Shown here: positions 9,255 to 18,029 of the stretch, piece after piece | Layout: each line of letters starts with the position of its first letter | Position numbering within the stretch: the first letter of the stretch is position 1 | NCBI GenBank assembly: GCA_965612795.1 | Contig: CBFDTI010000017.1 | Coordinates: 1-21,528 of the forward strand | Direction: 5' to 3' | Source: an uncultured bacterium | GTDB taxonomy: Bacteria > Hydrothermota > UBA3073 > NMUJ01 | Length of the DNA stretch: 21,528 bases | Notes under the pieces: generated by a model | What the model was told of the DNA's origin: nothing | The model's input: only the letters and a program-made list of their open reading frames with translations | Database searches by the model: none | Position numbers and translations under genes: made by a program

Positions 9255-9369
9255 ATATTAGATATTGCAACCATCATTTACATTGTCAAGGTATTCCATA
9301 TTCAAGATAATGCATCTCAACATATGTCAACATTGATGTTAAAAATATAGCAACTAAGACGCTTGTCAA
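9255..9369 (-). promoter_or_regulatory. Three tandem TTGACA-containing promoter-like units upstream of HU
   Basis: TTGACA at 9369-9364, 9330-9325 and 9289-9284 (spacing 39 and 41 nt). Followed by TATATT/TATTTT (N14/N16), TATCTT (N15) and a weaker third box. Confidence 0.6.
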
Positions 9370-9377
9370 CCATAGGT

Positions 9378-11426
9378 CTACGATGCCTCCCCTTTTTTAA
9401 AGTATATCTTGGTTTTACAGCGAGGACATTCGTAATGGTTGACTTTATCCAAAAGTATAGGGTACCCGCACTTATTGCATTTCATGTTCACAGGTTTGTC
9501 TCTTAGCATAAAGTGGCAGTCCGGATTATCACAAACGTAAAGCAGCTGTCCTTGCTTATCCATACGTTCGACTAACATGCCTCCGCAATTAGGGCATCTA
9601 ACCCCTGTGGGGTATGGTGTCGTATATTTACACTTTGGAAACTCACTACATGCAAGGAATCTACCAAATTTACCATATCGGACGGCAAGTTGTGCCCCAC
9701 ATATTGGGCATGACTCGTCGCGGTTCTCTTTTATTGTGGCACGTATCTCTTTTTTATGTTTCTCGACCTCCTCCACCTCTTTTTTGAATGGACTATAAAA
9801 GGCTTGCAATACCTGCAGATAATCGACCTTATTTGCTTCAATTTCGTCCAACTGTTTCTCCATGTTACGTGTGAATTCTACATTAAATATATCTGGGAAG
9901 TATCGCACGAGGATACGGTTAACCCTTTCACCCAGGTCGGTAGGTATAAGGTAGCCTCTTCTTTTGACCACATACTTTCTATCTTTCAACGTTGATATAA
10001 TAATAGCGTATGTCGATGGACGTCCTATACCCAGACGTTCCAACTCCTTCACCATACTGCCTTCGGTGTATCTTGGTGGCGGCTGTGTAAACTTACGTTT
10101 TTTGTAGATCGCCTCCACGTTTAATTCCATACCGGGGTTCAAAGTGGGTAAACTTTTATCAGCTTTGGTCTTCTCATCCCACATTTTAAGGAAACCATCA
10201 AATTTAATCGCTTGCGATGATGCTCTCATGGTGAAACCGTCACCTTCTATCTTAGCTTCCCTAACTTCGTATATAGCGGGTTTCATTTGTGACGCAACAA
10301 ACCGGCACCAGATCAGCTTATATAGCTTATATTCGTCCTCACTTAGATATCGTCTTACCTTGTCGGGCTCCCTAGCTACTTTTGTTGGCCGTATGGCTTC
10401 ATGTGCACCCTGCACTATTTTTGCCTTCTCCTTATACTTTGGTGGCGAAGCAGGTAGAAACTCATCCCCCCATGTTCTTTTAATATACTCACGTGCCTCC
10501 AGCTGCGCGTGCCGGCTCACTCTAACCGAATCCGTACGCATGTAGGTGATGAGCCCCTCCGCTTCATCACCCATTTCAATACCCTCGAATAACTTCTGTG
10601 CAATCCTCATCGTATAGGAAGGTGCAAACTTCAACCTATGGGCAGCATCCTCCTGTAATGCCGATGTCACATAAGGAGGGTGTGGAGAACGCTTCTTATC
10701 ATATATGTTGAACTCGCTCACGTGAAATTTTGCACCCCTTATCTTATCCACAATATCTGTAGCATCTTGTTCGGATTCGATCTTCGCCTTTTTGCCACCT
10801 ATTTCCTCCAACTTGGCCATAAAGCTACCTGCCTCACACGTAAACTTTACGTATATCTCCCAATATTCGCGTGGCCTAAATTTCCTTATAGCTTCTTCAC
10901 GCTCACAAATGAGCCTAAGCGCCACACTCTGTACCCTACCTGCTGATAGCCCGCTACCTATGATTTTCCACAATAACGGGCTCACCTTATAACCTACTAG
11001 CCTATCCAATATCCGACGTGCAAGCTGCGAATGCACCTTATTCATATCGATATCAAGCCGCTCTCTTATAGCCTTACGTACGCTTTGGGGTGTTATTTCG
11101 TAAAATAGCACCCTATGTATGGGTCGCTTTATCTCCTCCGCTATATGATATGCTATTGCTTCACCTTCACGATCGGGATCGGTCGCTATTATGACCTCTT
11201 TTGCATGCTTTGTAGCTGTACGTAGCCTCTCCACAATCTTTTCCTTACCCGGGATAATAACGTATGTGGGTTTGAAGTTATTGTGTTCATCAACACCCAG
11301 CTCATTCTCTGGCAAATCTTTGATATGCCCTTTAGATGATAGCACCTTGTAATCAGACAAAAACTTACTTATGATTTTAGCCTTAGTAGGTGACTCAACT
11401 ATCAGGATTTTACCTTTTTCTGCCAT
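9378..11426 (-). CDS. topA: DNA topoisomerase I (type IA) with C-terminal zinc ribbons
   Basis: 'IVESPTKAK', 'ATDPDREGE', 'SAGRVQS', catalytic 'ITYMRTDS' and 'GIGRPSTY'. C-terminal CxxC ribbons. Confidence 0.98.
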   Translation of the reverse strand: MAEKGKILIVESPTKAKIISKFLSDYKVLSSKGHIKDLPENELGVDEHNNFKPTYVIIPGKEKIVERLRTATKHAKEVIIATDPDREGEAIAYHIAEEIKRPIHRVLFYEITPQSVRKAIRERLDIDMNKVHSQLARRILDRLVGYKVSPLLWKIIGSGLSAGRVQSVALRLICEREEAIRKFRPREYWEIYVKFTCEAGSFMAKLEEIGGKKAKIESEQDATDIVDKIRGAKFHVSEFNIYDKKRSPHPPYVTSALQEDAAHRLKFAPSYTMRIAQKLFEGIEMGDEAEGLITYMRTDSVRVSRHAQLEAREYIKRTWGDEFLPASPPKYKEKAKIVQGAHEAIRPTKVAREPDKVRRYLSEDEYKLYKLIWCRFVASQMKPAIYEVREAKIEGDGFTMRASSQAIKFDGFLKMWDEKTKADKSLPTLNPGMELNVEAIYKKRKFTQPPPRYTEGSMVKELERLGIGRPSTYAIIISTLKDRKYVVKRRGYLIPTDLGERVNRILVRYFPDIFNVEFTRNMEKQLDEIEANKVDYLQVLQAFYSPFKKEVEEVEKHKKEIRATIKENRDESCPICGAQLAVRYGKFGRFLACSEFPKCKYTTPYPTGVRCPNCGGMLVERMDKQGQLLYVCDNPDCHFMLRDKPVNMKCNKCGYPILLDKVNHYECPRCKTKIYFKKGEAS

Positions 11427-14400
11427 CAGTGTAAAACCACTATCTTGTTACTCAACCTCCTATTAGGAGATTCCAAATATATGAAATATATGCCACTTGG
11501 CAAGTTGTAAGTACGCCAGTCAAACTTATGTACACCACGTGTAAGATGCCACGTCCAGTATTCTACGAGTTGCCCCAATGTATTGTATACTTTAACCGAT
11601 ACCTTGGCATCTACAGGTAACATAAATCTCATCCTGACCATATCCGTGGTTATAGTAGAGTATAGTTCAACTCTCATCGTAGATGCATAGCCCTCCGCAA
11701 TCTTAGTGGTGTGTTTGTCATACACACCTGTGTAATAAGGGTCATGCCTATGCATTGGCCAATCGAGGTCATCATGATCATAAGCTGCATTTATATCCCA
11801 CATGTAGATTGTACCCTCAATCGTTGTCTGTACGATTTCCAGGTCGCCATCCTTGTCTATATCCGTGATTGTGGGGTCGCCCCATGTATACCAATCCAGA
11901 TGTATCGGGAAACCTGGCTTTTTCTGGCCATTTGCTTGATAACAATAGAGATGGTTATCCTTAGAGCCGATAAATATTTCCTTAATCCCATCATTATCAA
12001 TATCTACAACAACTGGATCACCTACAGAGGGTTCACCTCGTGGCAGTATCGGCAAACATAATGTACCATCATAAGCGTACACATATATCCCAGGTATACC
12101 GCCGACTATAATCTCTGAGTTATCATCACCATTGAGATCCGCCAATACAGGTGATGCACCGAAAGTTACCCAAGTTTGGTCGTTCATCACCTCCTGTGGC
12201 CATCCAGGCAATATCCTCCCCCTACGGTCTATGACGTATAGCTTTGTTGTGGTATTGACCGCAATCTCTAATCCTGCCGAATCGCCCACAATATCACCTA
12301 CCACAGGGGCACGACTTACGCATTCACCCAGATCCACAGGGAAACCTGCCATGATATCGCCGTCACTATGCCATACATACAGTTTGTTGGATGTACCACC
12401 TCCAAAGATTATTTCAGGATATCCATCGTTGTCGAGATCACAAACAGCAGGCGGACTGTATGTTGCACCCGCAGTAAGTGCTTTAAATAACCCGGTGGTA
12501 TCATCAGTGTAGCTTGTACCATCGTACCGAAATATGTATACATGAGCTGATGACGTTGTAACTATCACCTCCAACAGTGAATCACCATCCAAATCAACCA
12601 ACACAGGGTTGGCGATACTGCCACCCTCTATTGTTCTTTGCCACCATATCGCACCATCTGCATGTACAACCGTAATCTTCAATGGTGGATACCAGCTTAC
12701 GTTTACTATTTCTGGTTGACCATCGTTGTCTAAATCACCCACCGCTGGTGCTGCGTAACTTTTCTCAATATACACTGGGAAGCCATCCAACACCTCACCT
12801 TGTAGGTTGAACACATAAAGCGAACCTGCAACCGTATTCACGATGATTTCACAGATATTATCGTTGTCCATATCCACAGCAACCGCATTCCCTTCGATGT
12901 GTGCCGTGATACGTCTTACAGGCCAACCTGGGTAAGCAGATGGATAACTGCTCTCGAATACAGTATCGGAAGCTATGCTTTCGTTACCAAAGCTATCCAA
13001 AGCAGTCACGTAATAACTATGTGCATCGCCCAACCCTACATCGCGATCTTCGTAATATGTTGCCCCAGATATGGGTAAACTGTTAATACGGGTAAAGGTA
13101 TCCGCTTCTTCCTTATAGACATTGAAATACATAGAGCTGGAGGACCAGTTAACTATGATAGCCCTTTCTGTTGGATACGTCCAGATACTATCAATAGGTT
13201 GTACTTCTTCTTTTGATACCCACTTCTCGTCAGTTATCCCGTGTGCTTCAGTCCACGATATTCTAAAGGTTAAAGGATTGGCACTCTCATAAGCGAATCG
13301 TGCCGCACGCTCATCATTCGGCAGCAACGAATCCAGCGTAACATGTGTAAGCTGGAAGTTACCACCTTCAACATTATCTATGAATATCTCCATATCCCGT
13401 GCGACGGCGTCCCCTATGTTCTTGAAAATTGGTACGTAATAACTTGTGTCTCGGGAATTAACCCATCTGTGGTACAGGTAAACAATGTACGGCGCTTTTG
13501 GATCTATATAAAAAGTATCCATCCAGCTATCGTTTATTCTAAGCTCAAACGGTACTGCAAACGAATGCGGTATCGAAGTCGAAAATATAACACTTACTGG
13601 ATCCTTCGTACATACTGTGTCACCGGGAGCAACCTCTTCAAACCGTGCTATACTATCGATTATGACCACCATGGACTGCGGTGATACATCCTCTCCTGCA
13701 TAGGGTGAACCTAGTACTATATCGCCGGCAACTGGTGTATCACCATCGTTTTTGATCAAAATATTGAAACTGCAAACCGTACCTACCTCCAGCGGGGTGA
13801 TTGGCACTTTACCCGCAAACGATGGCAAAGGCCCCTTCCTATAGACTGGTACCTCACGTGTTACGGGATATATGTTTGTGCCATACACCGTTATTGTTAA
13901 TCCTGTATCCGCAGTCTCAAGATATAACGGGAAACAAGCTTGCCCATTTTCATCCGTGTATTGATAACCGAAAGCTTCCCCTTCTTTATACACTGAAACC
14001 TTGGCATCAGGTAGAGATATGCCGTTTATTGTTACAGTAACTGTAAGTGTACAGTGGCCAAGTGGTAAGCTATCTCTGTCTACGAGCAACTCTGGCACTT
14101 TAACTGTGTCAGTCCATGGACGTAACATGGGATCGCCTACAAGGATTGAAGATAACATAACATCTCTTTCATAAGTATAACCGTTCAGTGCCTGTGGTAT
14201 AAGGTATTCCAACGACTTGGCAGCCGCCTCACCTATGGTTAGTGCCGAGTCTATCATTAATTTAAAGAACCTTTTATTTGCAAGCAAAACGATGGCTGGA
14301 TAATCGAACCGCGTTGCTGTCCTGATGGCAACACCGCCTCCGTGTGCGTTGTTGATGAACGCCTCCGCAAAACAGTCATAATCAACCGCCCCAGTATTAC

Positions 14401-15667
14401 AACTAACTAACTCCCATATGGAGAAACGTAGTCCATTGTTTAACCTACTTACATCAATAGAGGTGAGTGCCACCCGGGGAGCACGATATCTCAGGAGAAC
14501 ATTTTTGCGTGTACCATGCCCTTCATAAAATATGAAATTGAAGCCCGAGTTTAGCGAATCTATCACCCTCTGTGGTGTACCATCAGGCGCTATATCCTCA
14601 GCCCCCCAATGTTCCTCTGGATTTTCATACAATTTGACTTTATTAAATCTTTCTGGTATCACATTGCTCACCTCATCACAGTAGGCTTCACCACTCTCCT
14701 GCTCCGATATGTATGCACCAAGGAACAGCATTTTAAGTACATACCCAGTATCAGGGGTTGCCTGGTAAGTTATTATCTTATCAACCACAGCATCAGCCTC
14801 TGCCGGTGTTTCAACAGATATACGACCTACGTATACATCTACACCGAAGTCTATATCATCCTCTAATTCACCAAACTCCCAATCCCCATCTGCGTTCCAG
14901 TTACCATCAAGACATGCATAGTATAGATCAGTGGGTATATAATCGCCCTCAGGCTCTGCCTTGAAACGCACATACCGTATGGGCACTATAGAGGGGTCAC
15001 CCCCTATGAGTACGTACCTTGTACCCCACAACACATAAGCATCCTCGATAAAGTTGCGTACTTTTTCACACAGATCTATCCCAAAGTAGTTATCGGCTAT
15101 CCACTCTACTGTCCTTATTTCGGTGGGAATACCACGTTTAAGGTAAAACTTACGCAATTTATTAAAACTTCCTACCAAAGCTTCACTCGTGACGATAACA
15201 TAATGTACTGGATCGTTTTTCAAAGACGGTGCATACGATACACAATACTTTTTGAAGTGCTCTCTATGTGTAGAATAGATGCGTAACGATTGCAGTGGCA
15301 ACCGCTCCGCTACATCCGTTTTTATGTGTAGAGTAAGCGCTTTATAATAGATACGCCTGTTATCAACGTATCTTATTGGATACACGGCAAAGTTAGCCAC
15401 TCTCCTACCACGTATGAAGGTTTCGTCTGTAAATTCTACCAACCTCCCTATGTTGAAATCAGTATCAACCGTCTCGCCAGTATACTCTACTACACTGTCT
15501 ATTTTAGATACTGTATAGCTGATAACCTTTTCGTTCTCTTTAAGTTCAATCTGTAAGGGTAGGATCGGCAAATTTGGCTTATCATGGCGGTAATAGGTAT
15601 TCTCGCTTTCAGGTGAATATACTATATTGACGTTGATGATTCTACATAGAAGGAAAATGAAGATCAT
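11426..15667 (-). CDS. Secreted C25 (gingipain-family) cysteine peptidase with Ig/FN3-like domains, FG-GAP/VCBS-like propeller and a T9SS-type/FlgD-like C-terminal sorting domain
   Basis: 'YVIVTSEAL', 'YVLIGGD', 'PTDLYYACLDGNWNADGD', 'VYVGRI'. Catalytic His in 'EGHG' and Cys in 'SCNTG'; 'LVGDP'. FN3-like 'YYVTALDSFGNES'. Eight D-x-D-x-D repeats. C-terminal 'KVSVKVYNTLGQLV...LPSGIYFIYL...KIVVLH'. Confidence 0.9.
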   Translation of the reverse strand: MIFIFLLCRIINVNIVYSPESENTYYRHDKPNLPILPLQIELKENEKVISYTVSKIDSVVEYTGETVDTDFNIGRLVEFTDETFIRGRRVANFAVYPIRYVDNRRIYYKALTLHIKTDVAERLPLQSLRIYSTHREHFKKYCVSYAPSLKNDPVHYVIVTSEALVGSFNKLRKFYLKRGIPTEIRTVEWIADNYFGIDLCEKVRNFIEDAYVLWGTRYVLIGGDPSIVPIRYVRFKAEPEGDYIPTDLYYACLDGNWNADGDWEFGELEDDIDFGVDVYVGRISVETPAEADAVVDKIITYQATPDTGYVLKMLFLGAYISEQESGEAYCDEVSNVIPERFNKVKLYENPEEHWGAEDIAPDGTPQRVIDSLNSGFNFIFYEGHGTRKNVLLRYRAPRVALTSIDVSRLNNGLRFSIWELVSCNTGAVDYDCFAEAFINNAHGGGVAIRTATRFDYPAIVLLANKRFFKLMIDSALTIGEAAAKSLEYLIPQALNGYTYERDVMLSSILVGDPMLRPWTDTVKVPELLVDRDSLPLGHCTLTVTVTINGISLPDAKVSVYKEGEAFGYQYTDENGQACFPLYLETADTGLTITVYGTNIYPVTREVPVYRKGPLPSFAGKVPITPLEVGTVCSFNILIKNDGDTPVAGDIVLGSPYAGEDVSPQSMVVIIDSIARFEEVAPGDTVCTKDPVSVIFSTSIPHSFAVPFELRINDSWMDTFYIDPKAPYIVYLYHRWVNSRDTSYYVPIFKNIGDAVARDMEIFIDNVEGGNFQLTHVTLDSLLPNDERAARFAYESANPLTFRISWTEAHGITDEKWVSKEEVQPIDSIWTYPTERAIIVNWSSSSMYFNVYKEEADTFTRINSLPISGATYYEDRDVGLGDAHSYYVTALDSFGNESIASDTVFESSYPSAYPGWPVRRITAHIEGNAVAVDMDNDNICEIIVNTVAGSLYVFNLQGEVLDGFPVYIEKSYAAPAVGDLDNDGQPEIVNVSWYPPLKITVVHADGAIWWQRTIEGGSIANPVLVDLDGDSLLEVIVTTSSAHVYIFRYDGTSYTDDTTGLFKALTAGATYSPPAVCDLDNDGYPEIIFGGGTSNKLYVWHSDGDIMAGFPVDLGECVSRAPVVGDIVGDSAGLEIAVNTTTKLYVIDRRGRILPGWPQEVMNDQTWVTFGASPVLADLNGDDNSEIIVGGIPGIYVYAYDGTLCLPILPRGEPSVGDPVVVDIDNDGIKEIFIGSKDNHLYCYQANGQKKPGFPIHLDWYTWGDPTITDIDKDGDLEIVQTTIEGTIYMWDINAAYDHDDLDWPMHRHDPYYTGVYDKHTTKIAEGYASTMRVELYSTITTDMVRMRFMLPVDAKVSVKVYNTLGQLVEYWTWHLTRGVHKFDWRTYNLPSGIYFIYLESPNRRLSNKIVVLH
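11740..12895 (-). repeat. About eight FG-GAP/VCBS-like protein repeats (Ca-binding beta-propeller blades) within the C25 protein
   Basis: Repeats AVDMDNDNICEI, VGDLDNDGQPEI, LVDLDGDSLLEV, VCDLDNDGYPEI, VGDIVGDSAGLEI, LADLNGDDNSEI, VVDIDNDGIKEI and ITDIDKDGDLEI, closed by WPMHRHD. Confidence 0.85.
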
Positions 15668-16815
15668 ACTATTTCGCGTATGAGTTTGGCGGCAATTACC
15701 AGCTTCTGTATCTCATTGGTACCCTCATATATTTGAGTAATTTTGGCATCACGCATCATTTTTTCTACTGGATATTCACGCATATAACCATATCCACCCA
15801 TGATTTGCACAGCTTTCGTGGTGACCTCCATAGCAACATCGGATGCAAAAAGTTTTGCCATCGCCGAGTATTTGGAAACATCCTTGCCGCCGCTATCTAT
15901 ATATTTGCTAACCATATAAACTAAGCTACGTGCTGCCTCTATCTTTGTCGCCATCTCCGCAATCATAAATTGTATACCCTCGAACGAACTTATGGGTTGT
16001 CCAAACTGATGCCTTGTTTTGGCAAACCTAACCGCTTCCTCAAGTGCCGCTTCTGCTATACCTACAGCTAATGCACCAACACCTGGCCTTGCGTAGTCGA
16101 ATGTACGCATTGCGATCATAAAGCCAAGATTTTCGCGCCCCAAAAGGTTATCTTTGGGTACCTTCACCTCATCGAATATCAACTCCCTTGTTACTGATGC
16201 CCTTATGCCCATCTTCTTCTCTTTTTTGCCAAAATCGAACCCCTTCATACCTTTTTCCATAATAAAGGCGGATAAACCACGTGCCCCCCTATCGGGGTTG
16301 GTTGATGCAATGACCACATATATATCAGCTTCACCGCCATTCGTTATCCATTGCTTTCTACCGGTTATAATATAGTGATCCCCTTCTCTTACAGCGCGTG
16401 TTTTGACGTTGCCCGCATCAGAGCCAGCTTCAGGTTCGGTGAGTGCAAATGCAGCTAACTTTTCACCGTTTGCAATAGGTGGTAGATATCTACGCTTCTG
16501 CTCATCAGTCCCATAGAGTATTATAGGGAAAGCTGCTAACGCATTAGCCGCATATGTGGTAGCTACACCCGCACAACCTTTTGCCATTTCCTCAACAACT
16601 ATTGCAAGATCGAGTACACCACCGCCAAGCCCATCGTATTGCTCAGGTATGAATATGCGAAACAGGTCAAGTTTTGCCATTTCCTTCACAAGCTCCCATG
16701 GGAATTCCTCATTTTCATCCAACTCCTGCCGTACGGGTATGATCTTCTCCACAGTGAATTTACGTGTAAGCTCGCGTATCATATTCTGTTCCTCAGTAAA
16801 GAACTTTTGCCACAT
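15664..16815 (-). CDS. Acyl-CoA dehydrogenase (short-chain/butyryl-CoA type)
   Basis: '[13 protein letters not shown]', 'GRKQWITNG', 'RHQFG', 'QIMGGYGY' and '[10 protein letters not shown]'. ATG at 16815 preferred over GTG at 16821 because GGGAG lies 5 nt upstream. ATGA overlap with the C25 gene. Confidence 0.95.
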   Translation of the reverse strand: MWQKFFTEEQNMIRELTRKFTVEKIIPVRQELDENEEFPWELVKEMAKLDLFRIFIPEQYDGLGGGVLDLAIVVEEMAKGCAGVATTYAANALAAFPIILYGTDEQKRRYLPPIANGEKLAAFALTEPEAGSDAGNVKTRAVREGDHYIITGRKQWITNGGEADIYVVIASTNPDRGARGLSAFIMEKGMKGFDFGKKEKKMGIRASVTRELIFDEVKVPKDNLLGRENLGFMIAMRTFDYARPGVGALAVGIAEAALEEAVRFAKTRHQFGQPISSFEGIQFMIAEMATKIEAARSLVYMVSKYIDSGGKDVSKYSAMAKLFASDVAMEVTTKAVQIMGGYGYMREYPVEKMMRDAKITQIYEGTNEIQKLVIAAKLIREIV

Positions 16816-16835
16816 TTTCACTCCCGGTTTGTTAG

Positions 16836-16906
16836 CTGGGGTGGGTGGATTCGAACCACCACGCCGGGATCCAAAATCCCGTGGCCTGCCATTAGCCTAC
16901 ACCCCA
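16836..16906 (-). tRNA. tRNA-Gln(UUG); CCA not encoded
   Basis: Minus strand TGGGGTG TA GGCT AATGGCA GGCC A CGGGA TTTTGGA TCCCG GCGT GGTGG TTCGAAT CCACC CACCCCA G. Full cloverleaf, anticodon TTG, U1:A72 pair, followed by CTA rather than CCA. Confidence 0.95.
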
Positions 16907-17742
16907 GTATAGACAGGCATAGCAAGCCGTACCCTCCAACTACATACACTGAACTGTGGCGGCTTTTTGAACAATCCATACATTGCCGCACCTGTACCTG
17001 TTATGCTTATAACCTCTGCTCCTATAGATTTTAGCCATTCGTATATCTCGTCGTAAACTTTATATCGCATCCTTAATATCGGTTCAAATTCGTTTCGCCA
17101 ATCCCATAGATGCCAATCACCTTTCTCAATGGCATCCTTCAAAAAGATTATATCCTTATCAGGAAATGTCAAGCAACTCTCTGTACCTGTCGAAATTCTG
17201 AATTCATCTAACATCTGATACATTGTCTGTGTCGATATTTCAACCCCTGGATTAACAAGCAATATGTAAGGGAATGGAAATTTTGCATTTAACGGCAGAA
17301 CAGTCTCACCTTTATCCAGCACTATGGCCAATCCGTTGCTGTTCAAGAAAAAGGGTACATCACTACCTAATTGCCGACCAAGTACGAACAATTCCCTATT
17401 ATCCAATGGGTAGCCCTCAAATTTATTCAACATCTTTAGCGCGATGGCTGCATCAGCACTACCACCACCTAAGCCACTACCTATCCATACGTTCTTTTTT
17501 AATATAACCTTCACACGTGGGGATTTAGCTATTTTATAGTAAAATTCTTGTACCGCTTTATAGACTAGGTTATCCTTGCCATATGGAGGTGCCGAACTGT
17601 GGAATTCGAATTTACTTGCTGGTAAAATTGTAAGTTCATCATAGAAATTTATCTTCACCATAAGGCTGATAATGGGGTGTAACCCATCCTCGTCACGTTT
17701 ACCTACTTTTAAGCCAAAATTAATTTTGGAATATGCCTTCAT
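16897..17742 (-). CDS. ispE: 4-(cytidine 5'-diphospho)-2-C-methyl-D-erythritol kinase (GHMP kinase)
   Basis: 'KAYSKINFGLKVG..DG.H', 'NLVYKA', 'GLGGGSADAA', 'LGSDVPFF' and 'NEFE'. Adjacent tRNA-Gln, as in the common ispE-tRNA-Gln arrangement. Confidence 0.88.
   Translation of the reverse strand: MKAYSKINFGLKVGKRDEDGLHPIISLMVKINFYDELTILPASKFEFHSSAPPYGKDNLVYKAVQEFYYKIAKSPRVKVILKKNVWIGSGLGGGSADAAIALKMLNKFEGYPLDNRELFVLGRQLGSDVPFFLNSNGLAIVLDKGETVLPLNAKFPFPYILLVNPGVEISTQTMYQMLDEFRISTGTESCLTFPDKDIIFLKDAIEKGDWHLWDWRNEFEPILRMRYKVYDEIYEWLKSIGAEVISITGTGAAMYGLFKKPPQFSVCSWRVRLAMPVYTGV
17147..17172 (-). promoter_or_regulatory. Putative internal promoter within ispE driving tRNA-Gln and downstream genes
   Basis: Minus strand TTGACA(17172-17167)-TTTCCTGATAAGGA(14 nt)-TATAAT(17152-17147). 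Both hexamers are perfect consensus. Confidence 0.55.
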
Positions 17743-17763
17743 GCGGTGACAATACTTTATGGG

Positions 17764-17988
17764 TTATTCCTTGTTTTCCTTCTCTTCTTTATTTTTAGAT
17801 TGCTCTTTATACTTATAGTCGGTTACATAAAAACCGCTCCCCTTAAAGATGATCCCAAGATTGGGTGATATTATGCGTTCAACTCTCCCCCCACAATGTT
17901 GACACTTTTCAATTGGAGGGTCACTGATTTTCTGCCATACCGTAAATCTATACCCACATTTTACACATTGGTATTCATAAAGTGGCAT
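17764..17988 (-). CDS. FmdB-family zinc ribbon protein
   Basis: 'MPLYEYQCVKCG...CQHCGG...IIFKGSGFYVTDY'. Start trimmed to the MP-x-YEY ATG at 17988 because the upstream ATG lies inside the groEL terminator hairpin. Confidence 0.9.
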   Translation of the reverse strand: MPLYEYQCVKCGYRFTVWQKISDPPIEKCQHCGGRVERIISPNLGIIFKGSGFYVTDYKYKEQSKNKEEKENKE

Positions 17989-17994
17989 TTTAAT

Positions 17995-18024
17995 TAAAAG
18001 TAGGGGGAACATGCTCCCCCTACT
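17995..18024 (-). terminator. Rho-independent terminator after groEL
   Basis: Minus strand AGTAGGGGGAGCATGTTCCCCCTACTTTTAA: GC-rich stem followed by a T-run, immediately after the groEL stop. Confidence 0.8.
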
Positions 18025-18029
18025 CTGTT

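Noticed and set aside
8507..9310. 267-aa + strand ORF
   Set aside because: Antisense shadow of tadA and HU; Ser/Ala/Pro-rich with no recognisable motif.
9284..9369. Regularly spaced TGTCAA repeats as a mini-CRISPR or iteron array
   Set aside because: The shared core is only 6-7 nt and equals the -35 consensus. No cas or rep genes are nearby.
16556..17034. + strand ORFs of 118 and 131 aa spanning the tRNA
   Set aside because: Translations of the antisense strand of the tRNA and flanking genes ('GVGGFEPP' is the reverse-complement T-arm).
17743..17766. FmdB-family ORF and ispE lie in the same frame separated by one TAA (possible readthrough fusion)
   Set aside because: One-in-three chance arrangement. 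Both genes look complete, and TAA is not a recoding-prone stop.
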